Below, one piece after another: positions 8,145 through 16,846 of a DNA stretch of 32,000 nt. Source of the DNA: an uncultured archaeon. GTDB taxonomy: Archaea > Asgardarchaeota > Thorarchaeia > Thorarchaeales > Thorarchaeaceae. The position numbers and the translations under genes are program-made. The stretch's first letter is position 1; each line of letters opens with the position of its first letter. The DNA is taken from contig CAZYLT010000006.1 in the NCBI GenBank assembly GCA_964648855.1, positions 60,001 to 92,000 of the forward strand, read 5' to 3'. Under the pieces are notes generated by a model, which saw nothing but the letters and a program-made list of their open reading frames with translations, was not told the DNA's origin and did not search any database.

Positions 8145-8243
8145 TTCAAAACACCATGCTTGTACCTCGGATTTGACAATATGAAGCTTTTCTTCTAGCA
8201 AATGATTCATCAAGGATTTCCTATGGCTCCGACCTGTCATGCC

Positions 8244-9851
8244 CTAACCTGATTCATTTGGGACTCTTTCGACCTCTCCTTTCAAGAGCCCCGGGCTTAG
8301 AATCTGGGTGACTTTGACATCTAGTAGGCGTCCCGATGAATATCCACCCCGAACCGTCATCAGAGGACCTTCTGCCAAGGGATACACCATAGTGTATCCA
8401 TGGTGTGTGCTGGACGGTTCTGCAGCAATCCCTCGAACTATCATCCCAATGTAATTCCTTTTCTTATTGCGATTGATTTTGGACGCCTGTTTCTTCAAAA
8501 TCTGACCATACCGATATCCTGCAGTGGGGGCGGGGAAATCAGCAAAAGCAGAGTTGGGCAGAGGTCTAAATCCGTACAATATAATTCTCTCCGCCCCAGC
8601 ATTGCTCACCTCATTCATTAATCTGAGCGAGTCCTCTAGTGATTCTTCATCCTCTCCGGGCATTCCATAGATGAAATAAATATACGGATGCATGTTGTGC
8701 TTTGCAGCAATCCGAACGGCATCTACTACTTGTTGTGACCCACCACATTTGCCAATAATTGCGGAATGGGTATCTGACCCTGTTTCCAGCCCGATATTTG
8801 GTGAAATATCGCCAAGGAATCTAGAGAGATTTTCCGCAACCTTTTCTGTGAAAAGGCAAGCTTTGATGTTCTCTATCGTGATATGGGCTAATCCTTTTTC
8901 AAACTCCGGAAGATTTGTCAACTCCTGAAGAAGCGATGAAATTGCATCTAGGTTTGGCGGTGGACTACAGGGATCGGTGAGAGGATCATTGCCGCTTCCT
9001 CTCTTATAATCAAGAAAACCGGGAGCCTCAAGGACAATACGATGAACGCCGATTGACAGGAGTTCTCTCACCTCATCGACGACCTCATTTTCATTGCGAC
9101 TTCTGGGTGCCCCCCAGGTGGCAGGCACACTGCAGAATCCACAACCTGGAGGAATATCCTCTGGACAGTGTAGCCGGGCTACAAGATCTGTACAATCACA
9201 ATTTCCACACTCTGAACACACTCTACCATCCGGAAGTCGAAGTTTGGTTCTATTGAAATTTGAACATCCTCGTACAGTTTCAACATAGACTCTACTAGCC
9301 CTGTAGCCTTTGTAGTCAACTATCCTATTGACGGATGGTCTGTACTTCTCTGATAACTCAGTCTCCGAAATGTATTCTCGTTGCTTGGTTGTGATGCTTC
9401 GTCCATTAACTCTGTACGCGATTCCATCAATTGAACTGAGATCTATGTCTTCAGTAAAAAAACCCTCTAGGATTAGCTCCTTAAGTGTCGCCTCCCCTTC
9501 GCCAATAACTAATGCATCTGCAGGAGTTTCTCTCAATATCTTATCTGCTTCAAATGCTATTGGCCCTCCGATGACGATCCGGGATGCCCTATGTAGATTC
9601 CTCCAGTTCTTCGTTATTCTTTTCACTGCAGACGTATCCATACTCATGGCACTAACTGCAAGGTGTTCAAAGGACTTCCATTTTCCCCAACCTGAAAGGA
9701 GTTCTTCGGCGCGAACAATTCTACATTCAAGCCCTTCTCCCTCCATCACTCCCGCAACGGTTCTTGGCCCACATCCAATACTATCTCGCGAACTAGTCCT
9801 AGTTCCCTTTCCTGCGCTTAATGCATCCACGATAAGCACTTGATTTGACAT
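8244..9851 (-). CDS. B12-binding-domain radical SAM protein with C-terminal TRAM-like domain
   Basis: IVIGGP and GEGE (B12-binding), ETVRGC...GCGFC, GLETGS, FIYGMPGE, FRPLPNS; beta-rich C-terminus (VKVTQILSPGLLKGEV). Confidence 0.88.
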   Translation of the reverse strand: MSNQVLIVDALSAGKGTRTSSRDSIGCGPRTVAGVMEGEGLECRIVRAEELLSGWGKWKSFEHLAVSAMSMDTSAVKRITKNWRNLHRASRIVIGGPIAFEADKILRETPADALVIGEGEATLKELILEGFFTEDIDLSSIDGIAYRVNGRSITTKQREYISETELSEKYRPSVNRIVDYKGYRASRVYVETVRGCSNFNRTKLRLPDGRVCSECGNCDCTDLVARLHCPEDIPPGCGFCSVPATWGAPRSRNENEVVDEVRELLSIGVHRIVLEAPGFLDYKRGSGNDPLTDPCSPPPNLDAISSLLQELTNLPEFEKGLAHITIENIKACLFTEKVAENLSRFLGDISPNIGLETGSDTHSAIIGKCGGSQQVVDAVRIAAKHNMHPYIYFIYGMPGEDEESLEDSLRLMNEVSNAGAERIILYGFRPLPNSAFADFPAPTAGYRYGQILKKQASKINRNKKRNYIGMIVRGIAAEPSSTHHGYTMVYPLAEGPLMTVRGGYSSGRLLDVKVTQILSPGLLKGEVERVPNESG

Positions 9852-9986
9852 GGTTCATTTGAACTATCCGATACGTTACATTTTACTCTTGCTGCAATTC
9901 TTCTAAGAGAAATCACTTATATGGGGCAAATCACCCCTACCAGCATAGCTTCGTGCTAAAATCAACTATCAGGAGAAAGTAACTTA

Positions 9987-10325
9987 GTGCAGGATGAAGG
10001 CGGAATCTGTCCGAATTGCGGTCTTCCTCAGGATTTGTGCGTTTGTGAAACAATTGCTCAGGAAGAAGCGCGTATTACTGTGAATATTGAACGACGAAAG
10101 TGGGGCCGAGTATATACGGTCGTTGAAGGATTCGACAAAAACATCGACCTAGGCGAATTGGCTTCAAAACTCAAATCTAAGCTGGCCTGTGGCGGAGCAG
10201 CCAAACATGGTCACATCGAATTGCAAGGTGATCATAGAGGCACCATCAAAGATGTATTGTCCAAGATGGGTTTTCCGGAGGAGCAGATAGTCATAGATTG
10301 GTCTCAAAAATCAGGGCGAAGATAG
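9987..10325 (+). CDS. Translation initiation factor aIF1/SUI1 (YciH family)
   Basis: CPNCGLPQDLCVC, RRKWGRVYTVVEG, LKSKLACGG, IELQGDHR; GTG start with AGGAG upstream. Confidence 0.95.
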   Translation: MQDEGGICPNCGLPQDLCVCETIAQEEARITVNIERRKWGRVYTVVEGFDKNIDLGELASKLKSKLACGGAAKHGHIELQGDHRGTIKDVLSKMGFPEEQIVIDWSQKSGRR

Positions 10326-10371
10326 TAAAGCACTGTGGCAGATGTCCTCATATTGGACGTGGCAGCACGCA

Positions 10372-11361
10372 TTAGTCTTTATCATAATTGCCTGTTGCCA
10401 TTGAGAGAGTATCTATTCCTAGTTTATTTACCATCTCTTTGTATCGGTTTCGAACAGTGACTTCTGTCACTCGAGCCACTTCAGCTATCTCCCGTTGTGT
10501 TTTCCTATCATCTAACATGATGCCAGCGACATAGATGGCGGCAGCGGCAAGACCTAGGGGGTCTCTTCCGATAGTGAGCCCCAAATCTCTGCTTCTTTTG
10601 AGAATCTCAATTGTTCGCAGCTGAACCTGACTTGACAACTCCAATTCTGTCGAAAATCTTGAGATATAGTCAACAGGACTGGAGAGGGGGATTTTGACGT
10701 TTATGCTGCGAAGAAGTAAGCGATAGCATTGACCTAGTTTTTTCTTGTCAATTCTTGTGGCATCAGCAACCTCATCTAAGGGCCGCGGTTTCTGCCGGAT
10801 TCTACATGCTGCATAGAGCGTAGCTGCGACCATTGCTTCAATGGAGCGTCCTCTTACCAATTGTTTCTGAATCGCTTTTCTATAGAGGAGGGCAGCTATC
10901 TCTCGAATTGGCTTTGGAATGCCGAGCTGAGATGACAATCTCTCTAGCTCAGACATCGCCTGTGCCAGGTTCCTATCCACTGAGCTATGTACTCGCGAAC
11001 GTATCTGCCATTTACGGAGTCGATAAATCTGTGACCTTTGTGACGGACTTAGTTTTCTGCCAGATTTGTCTCTGTCACGCCAGTCAATCACAGTGGAGAG
11101 TCCTTTATCATGCACCGCATACCTCATGGGTGCACCCACTCGGCTTCGAGAATCGGCCTCTTCAGCACTGAATGCTCTCCATTCAGCACCATTATCAATC
11201 CGATGGTCAGATAGGACCAAGCCACAATTGCTGCAAACTCTCTCACCCCGCGTAAGATCCTCAACCACTGTTGTACAGCCGCACTCAGTACATTTAATCT
11301 CCTCACCTGAGGCATTAAGCTGACCACCTTTTTTCGAGGCTTTCCCCTGTGACTCCTCCAC
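10372..11361 (-). CDS. tfb: Transcription initiation factor IIB (TFB)
   Basis: CTEC...CSNCG Zn ribbon, EWRAF B-reader, LVRGRSIE, two cyclin repeats, VTEVTVRNRYKE; GTG at 11361 with GGAGG upstream. Confidence 0.96.
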   Translation of the reverse strand: MEESQGKASKKGGQLNASGEEIKCTECGCTTVVEDLTRGERVCSNCGLVLSDHRIDNGAEWRAFSAEEADSRSRVGAPMRYAVHDKGLSTVIDWRDRDKSGRKLSPSQRSQIYRLRKWQIRSRVHSSVDRNLAQAMSELERLSSQLGIPKPIREIAALLYRKAIQKQLVRGRSIEAMVAATLYAACRIRQKPRPLDEVADATRIDKKKLGQCYRLLLRSINVKIPLSSPVDYISRFSTELELSSQVQLRTIEILKRSRDLGLTIGRDPLGLAAAAIYVAGIMLDDRKTQREIAEVARVTEVTVRNRYKEMVNKLGIDTLSMATGNYDKD

Positions 11362-11534
11362 TCTGTTTCCTCCAATAATCGTGGAACCGCGAATGAAGGT
11401 ATGTGTCACTGGGTGGTCATAGAAGTGAATGTTAATCTCCCGGAGTCCACTCTATGTATCACTGAAAATATACTTTTAATGATTTTGGGCTCTATTTAGG
11501 TTGTCTAGGATAACCATACCGCCCGATTCTGAGT

Positions 11535-12467
11535 CTAAGTGGTCTGGATATTTCCGTCTTCTGTTATGATAATGGTGTGTTCGTGTTGTGAAACCAGTTT
11601 TGTTTTTTCTTCCGTAAGAATATTGTGACCGACCAGCACACCATTCTGACTGAGCTCACGAATTGCCATCTTCAATTTTGCATGTCCCATTCTTTTGGCT
11701 AGCCATCTCTCTGCAAAGGGGAACTCCTTGTATTCACGACGGGCAATTCCCAGAAATTTCTTCGAACCGCTAAACCGAACTGGAACGCGGATAGGTAGGA
11801 GCTGGTATATTTGAGGACTAGGAAGGTCAGTAACATTTCCTGAACCTGTTGATGCAAACGTTTCAATGGCGTATATTTCTCCCTCTTCAACTACAACTTC
11901 AGACTTGCCAGAAACACAAGGCACTTGCTTCTCAGAGTGGAGCTCATATTCCTTTAATTGGTGTCCGGTCAATTGCTTTACTGGCTTAAAGCCTGCACTT
12001 TCAATGGTGTCTTCAATAAGGGCACCGATGGTGTTCAATTTCGCACCGGCCCTCATCATCCTGATTGCAGTTTCAGTGGCATCCTTGGAGGCTGCGACCA
12101 AGTCTTCATGGTCTGGATTTAGCGCCACTGTAAATGCAGAATCCGAGATGCACCCATCAATATGAGCACCAACATCTATGGTGACCAAATCGTTCTCATT
12201 GATTACTGTTTCATCATCGAGTGGTGAGGTATAATGTGCGGCAATTTGATTGATTGCAACGTTACACGGGAAAGACAAACCGGTTGCGTGCTCTAGAATA
12301 TAACCTTCAACTGCTTCTACTATATCCAATACTTTGGCATCTGGCTTAATCATTGGTCTGGCTATCTCGAGAGCCTCTCGAGCTATCACTCCAGCCTCTT
12401 TCCATTTTTTCCAAGGATCATCTGATTCCTCGTCACCCTTAGTTTCGTTCGGTTTCTCTTCTGGCAC
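11535..12467 (-). CDS. map: Methionine aminopeptidase, type 2
   Basis: FPCN..NQIAAHYT, DVGAHIDG..SDSAFT, LTGH, AIETFAS, QHEHT; start at GTG 12467 (or 12476). Confidence 0.95.
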   Translation of the reverse strand: MPEEKPNETKGDEESDDPWKKWKEAGVIAREALEIARPMIKPDAKVLDIVEAVEGYILEHATGLSFPCNVAINQIAAHYTSPLDDETVINENDLVTIDVGAHIDGCISDSAFTVALNPDHEDLVAASKDATETAIRMMRAGAKLNTIGALIEDTIESAGFKPVKQLTGHQLKEYELHSEKQVPCVSGKSEVVVEEGEIYAIETFASTGSGNVTDLPSPQIYQLLPIRVPVRFSGSKKFLGIARREYKEFPFAERWLAKRMGHAKLKMAIRELSQNGVLVGHNILTEEKTKLVSQHEHTIIITEDGNIQTT

Positions 12468-12537
12468 TGCAATCACCGTATGTCTCTATATTTGGAGTCT
12501 ACTCTCTCCTCAAGATAAAATTGTTGGAATGCTTGTT

Positions 12538-12930
12538 TCAGAGGCTTGCAGCAATCTGACGGGCAATCTTGCTCATCATAAAGAACAGGTATCCAAGATT
12601 GACCCTTCTATTCGTTAGGACAGCAAGAATTGCGTCTTCGCCTGCTCCTCCAATAATGACATAACCATCGTTGCCCTCAATAAGCATTCGGACCAGTGGT
12701 CCACGTTGTAACTCTTTAAACACCTTTCCAGTTGCCATTTGTATTTGAGTACAGCGTCCTGCTATGACATCCTCTTGGGGGACTGCGCCTTCGGGTGCAT
12801 CTTCAGGATAATATGAGCAAATAGTCAGCCCCTGTGATCTTGATATGACCAAGGAGGCTTGTATATTCCCTTGTGATGCCCTACTCAGTTCTTCTAGCAA
12901 TGAGGTAAGAATCTCTGTCTTCGAAGACAC
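12538..12930 (-). CDS. Roadblock/LC7 domain protein
   Basis: ASLVISRSQGL.I.S, ELQRGPL.RMLIEGNDGYVII..AGEDAILAVLT...NLG; GTG start with GGAGG upstream. Confidence 0.9.
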   Translation of the reverse strand: MSSKTEILTSLLEELSRASQGNIQASLVISRSQGLTICSYYPEDAPEGAVPQEDVIAGRCTQIQMATGKVFKELQRGPLVRMLIEGNDGYVIIGGAGEDAILAVLTNRRVNLGYLFFMMSKIARQIAASL

Positions 12931-13013
12931 GTGCGGTTTCCTCCCTTAGAAGGCGTTAGTCATTGACTCTAGTAACGGGTATTTAAACATGACCAGCACG
13001 AATGCTCGTTTTA

Positions 13014-13787
13014 TTAGATGCGCTTCTTGCCGGCTTTTTTGAGCGCCTTTACAATTCTCTCCAAGCCTTTGCCCTGGTCCTTCAGAACGTGTTCTTCCAA
13101 ATATGTTCCTTGTACAACAATCGACGCACCCTCATCTACTCCCCTAACGACATCTTCAGCAGTATTGAAGCCGCCTCCAGTAATTACAGGAATATCTGCA
13201 AATTGAGAAACCAACGAGATGAACTCTGATGGAACGCCTCCTCCATCGGCCCCGCTGCCCGCTTCCAAGTATACCAGTTTGAATCCCATCAATTCAGCTG
13301 CTAAAGCGTACATAAGGGCGAGTTTGGGTCTATCTCTGGGAAAGACCTTTGCGTCACCTACCCAAGCTGCAGTCTTTCCTGGTGCTACCATTAGATATGC
13401 CATGGATATTGTTTCAATCTCAGACATTTTTATGCCCGCAGCACCTAGGGCTTGTGCGCCAATTATCCAGTATGGGTTGGTACTGTTTAGGAGGCTCATG
13501 AAAAACATTGCATCTGCTTTTGGTGAAACGCCGGATATGTTTCCTGGAAATAGAATTGTAGGTATGTCAACGGCCTGCGTGATGGAATCTACTGCATCGT
13601 CAATCACACCGAAGATTGTGCTGCCACCAATCATGATAGCATCTGTTCCCGCCTTCTCGGCCAATTCAGCTATTTCGACCACTGTTTCTGTGGTCATCTT
13701 GATTGGATCCGGATCAAGCAGCGAGAAATGGCACGCACCTTCATTCTCGAGCTTCTCCTTTATGTAGTTCCAAACTTTGCCGGACAT
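13014..13787 (-). CDS. Geranylgeranylglyceryl phosphate synthase (group II GGGPS/PcrB family)
   Basis: HFSLLDPD, IMIGGS, LFPGN, FFMSLLNS.NPYWI.GAQ, YLEAGSGA, TGGG. Confidence 0.95.
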   Translation of the reverse strand: MSGKVWNYIKEKLENEGACHFSLLDPDPIKMTTETVVEIAELAEKAGTDAIMIGGSTIFGVIDDAVDSITQAVDIPTILFPGNISGVSPKADAMFFMSLLNSTNPYWIIGAQALGAAGIKMSEIETISMAYLMVAPGKTAAWVGDAKVFPRDRPKLALMYALAAELMGFKLVYLEAGSGADGGGVPSEFISLVSQFADIPVITGGGFNTAEDVVRGVDEGASIVVQGTYLEEHVLKDQGKGLERIVKALKKAGKKRI

Positions 13788-13845
13788 TTAATCCCCTCAA
13801 TTGGGCTGGGTTCCGAACGCTTAAAGCTGCCTTTTATGGTTTTGG

Positions 13846-14499
13846 TCAACGAATACGTGGAATGAACATCCCAGTATCCTGTTTATATTTCTCGTATTCA
13901 TCACCAAAATGGTGCAAAAGCATTTCCTCTTCCTTTTGCGCAATCAAATAATAACCCCAAATTCCTGGAATCAAAAGCAATGTCAGTAGGGATGGTACAA
14001 GCAAGAACAACCCAAGAAAACACATGATATATGCACAATATGATGGGTGCCGGATTGAAGAATACGGGCCACTTGTAACCAATCTATGCTTCTTAGTCAT
14101 CGCCCATGATGTGGCCATCTCTTGTCTTACTTGCCGCGACCATGCATGAAGTACTATGCCTAACGAAGTCATAACATACCCAATTACCCAAAGAATTTCA
14201 TTCTGAAAGAAGACATAGACCAAAAACATGCTAAGAAACTCAATCCCTGCGCCGCTAACGAATGAAAAAATCAGTATCAACACAAGTGAAAAGGATAGAA
14301 GTGTGGAGAGACTCCCGGCAACCATTGGCCCCGTCGGTGTGCTAAACTCTGATCTTGGCTCTCTAATACCGCCTCGCATCTTCAGTTTTGACCAATCAAG
14401 CCAAATATGCAGGACGATGTCCAGTGCAGAGAGCAGAAGCAATGAGGCACCTGTAATATCAAATAGGGGTGTAGGAATGATCATTAACAAGACCATCAT
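13846..14499 (-). CDS. ICMT/PEMT-family integral membrane methyltransferase
   Basis: HRLVTSGPYSSIRHPSY and EEEMLLHHFGDEYEKY...FIPR; about 5 TM helices. Confidence 0.88.
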   Translation of the reverse strand: MMVLLMIIPTPLFDITGASLLLLSALDIVLHIWLDWSKLKMRGGIREPRSEFSTPTGPMVAGSLSTLLSFSLVLILIFSFVSGAGIEFLSMFLVYVFFQNEILWVIGYVMTSLGIVLHAWSRQVRQEMATSWAMTKKHRLVTSGPYSSIRHPSYCAYIMCFLGLFLLVPSLLTLLLIPGIWGYYLIAQKEEEMLLHHFGDEYEKYKQDTGMFIPRIR

Positions 14500-14767
14500 C
14501 TATCCATTGACTGGATTATTTATGTTTCTTTCCCGATAGATTATGGTAATTTACAATTCTTCTTTTGTGTTCTTAGAAATTAAGAGAGTTTGTGAGAGCA
14601 AAAATAAAGAGTTGACCAATAGAGGCTTCAGATACTTCACGATATTTTTCCTTAGACCAATAATGTTTTTACTGGAAAATTTATGCGGGACTAAAGCCTC
14701 AGACGAGCCTTTGGCGGAACTTCGAAAGATACAATATCTGTCAATCTGAGGTGCAGAGGAGCAAAAA

Positions 14768-16729
14768 ATGCCTGAAAAACAAATTGGCGTCTTCGTTTGT
14801 CATTGCGGCAGCAATATAGCTGGTGTAGTGGATGTGGAACAGGTTATTGAAGCAGTACAGGACATGCCTGGTGTTGTTCATGCTGAAGACTACAAATACG
14901 TCTGTTCAAAACCGGGTCAACAAATTCTAAAGGACCGCATCAAGGAACATCGACTGAACCGAATAGTTATTGCCGCATGTAGTCCCCGCATGCACGAACC
15001 GACATTTCGAGAAACTATGAGGCAGGCTGGATTGAACCCGTACCTGCTTGAGATTGCAAATATCCGCGAACATGTCAGCTGGATACATTCTGAGGAGCCC
15101 GAACTTGCTACTGAGAAAGCAATCGATTTGGTTCGGATGGCTGTTGCTCGATCTAGGCTCCTAGAGCCTCTAGAGGAGAAAGAGGTTTCAATTGAAAAAC
15201 GGACACTTATCATAGGCGCTGGCATTGCAGGTATCTCTGCAGCTCTTGACCTGGCTAATGCTGGATTCAAGGTGTATTTGGTTGAAAAGGAACCGACAAT
15301 CGGCGGTCACATGGCACAATGGGACAAGACTTTTCCCACACTTGACTGTTCTTCCTGTATTCTAACCCCTCGAATGGCTGAGGTTGGTTCTCACCCCAAT
15401 ATCGAGCTGCTAACCATGACTGAAGTCGAAAAGGTGGACGGATACGTTGGCAATTTCCAAGTCACTGTGAAGCAACGACCTCGTTACGTCATTGAGGACA
15501 AGTGTACCTCCTGCGGGGATTGCGCAGATATTTGCCCTGTAGATATACCATCTGAGTTTGATGCTAGTCTTGCTTATCGCAAAGCCATCTATATCCCATT
15601 TGCACAGGCTGTGCCATCAGTCTATCTGCTGGATATGGAGAACTGTCTTGGTGTAGATGCTGTGCGATGTGGCAAATGCAAAGAGGCTTGTGAGGCTGAA
15701 GCAATCGACTATGACGACCATGAAAAGACCTACGAGATTACTGTGGGCACAATCATTGTTTCAACAGGTTTCGAGCTTTTTGATGCAACGCAGAAGGACG
15801 AATACGGTTACGGCGACTATCTGAATGTTGTAAATCTCGGTGAAGTTGAGCGGATGCTTAGCTCTGCAGGACCAACTAAAGGACATGTTGTTCGACCCTC
15901 CGACCTGAAGGAACCCGAAAAGATAGTCTACATTCAGTGCGTGGGCAGTCGGGATGAACTCACAAACAGATATTGTTCCAGAGTATGCTGTATGACCGCC
16001 ATCAAGCAAGCTAGAATGATACGTGACAAGACGGGTGCTCAAATCTGGATATTTTACATTGACTTGCGAACGTTCGGAAAGGGGTATGAGGAGTTCTATG
16101 AGTCCACCTCCAAAGCAGGCGTGACCTTCATACGGGGAAGGGTTGGCGAGATACTAGAGAATAATGACCAGACTCTCACAGTACGCGGTGAAGACACACT
16201 CCTTGGCAAACCCATGGAGCTCAGTGACATTGACCTAGTTGTCCTATCAACAGGGGTAGTACCTCCTGCAAAAGCAAAAGATGTCGCAAAGAAACTTGGT
16301 CTTAGTGAGTCTCCTGACGGTTTCCTCATGGAAGCACATCCGAAGCTGAGACCGGTAGATTCCTTCAATGATGGCATATTTGTGGCCGGAATGGCACAGG
16401 GTCCAAAGGATATCCCTGATACTGTTGCACAGGCAAAGGCTGCTGCCTCTGGTGCTATGGCTTTGATGGGCAAAGGCAAGGTTTCCATTGAACCGTATTT
16501 CAGTGTAGTTGACGAAGACAAATGTGCTGGCTGTCATGTTTGTATATCGGTCTGTCCCTACAATGCGATCAGTGTAAATGAACGAGAACGCGCAGAAGTC
16601 AATCCCGCCCTATGCAAGGGATGCGGAACATGCACAAGCACTTGTCCCAGTGGAGCTATATCTTCCCAGCACTATACTGACGGACAGATTTCAGCTATGA
16701 TTACTGAATACCTCTCTAGTCTTGAATGA
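14768..16729 (+). CDS. hdrA: Heterodisulfide reductase subunit A (flavin-based electron-bifurcating subunit), Cys form
   Basis: VCHCGSNI, AACSP, GAGIAG, DKTFPTLDCSSCILTP, QCVGSRD, YCSRVCC, EAHPKLRPV, GPKDIP; inserted and C-terminal ferredoxins. Confidence 0.96.
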   Translation: MPEKQIGVFVCHCGSNIAGVVDVEQVIEAVQDMPGVVHAEDYKYVCSKPGQQILKDRIKEHRLNRIVIAACSPRMHEPTFRETMRQAGLNPYLLEIANIREHVSWIHSEEPELATEKAIDLVRMAVARSRLLEPLEEKEVSIEKRTLIIGAGIAGISAALDLANAGFKVYLVEKEPTIGGHMAQWDKTFPTLDCSSCILTPRMAEVGSHPNIELLTMTEVEKVDGYVGNFQVTVKQRPRYVIEDKCTSCGDCADICPVDIPSEFDASLAYRKAIYIPFAQAVPSVYLLDMENCLGVDAVRCGKCKEACEAEAIDYDDHEKTYEITVGTIIVSTGFELFDATQKDEYGYGDYLNVVNLGEVERMLSSAGPTKGHVVRPSDLKEPEKIVYIQCVGSRDELTNRYCSRVCCMTAIKQARMIRDKTGAQIWIFYIDLRTFGKGYEEFYESTSKAGVTFIRGRVGEILENNDQTLTVRGEDTLLGKPMELSDIDLVVLSTGVVPPAKAKDVAKKLGLSESPDGFLMEAHPKLRPVDSFNDGIFVAGMAQGPKDIPDTVAQAKAAASGAMALMGKGKVSIEPYFSVVDEDKCAGCHVCISVCPYNAISVNERERAEVNPALCKGCGTCTSTCPSGAISSQHYTDGQISAMITEYLSSLE

Positions 16730-16846
16730 GGATTCTTTTGATAACGATGCCTATGCCACTAAATGGCGAGTGTGTCATTTCATGACATTTCGTATTATGC
16801 CTCACACCTTATCAGTGAGTATGTAATCAACTCACTCCTGGTTACG

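Noticed and set aside
8145-8240. N-terminal extension of RpoP in the ORF track
   Set aside because: The canonical Rpo12 start is ATG 8144 with an SD; the extension covers the promoter region
14543-14749. 68-aa ORF upstream of hdrA
   Set aside because: Lies in an AT-rich divergent promoter region; no motifs
16730-16846. Possible SECIS element after hdrA
   Set aside because: hdrA has no in-frame TGA, and I could not build a convincing SECIS core
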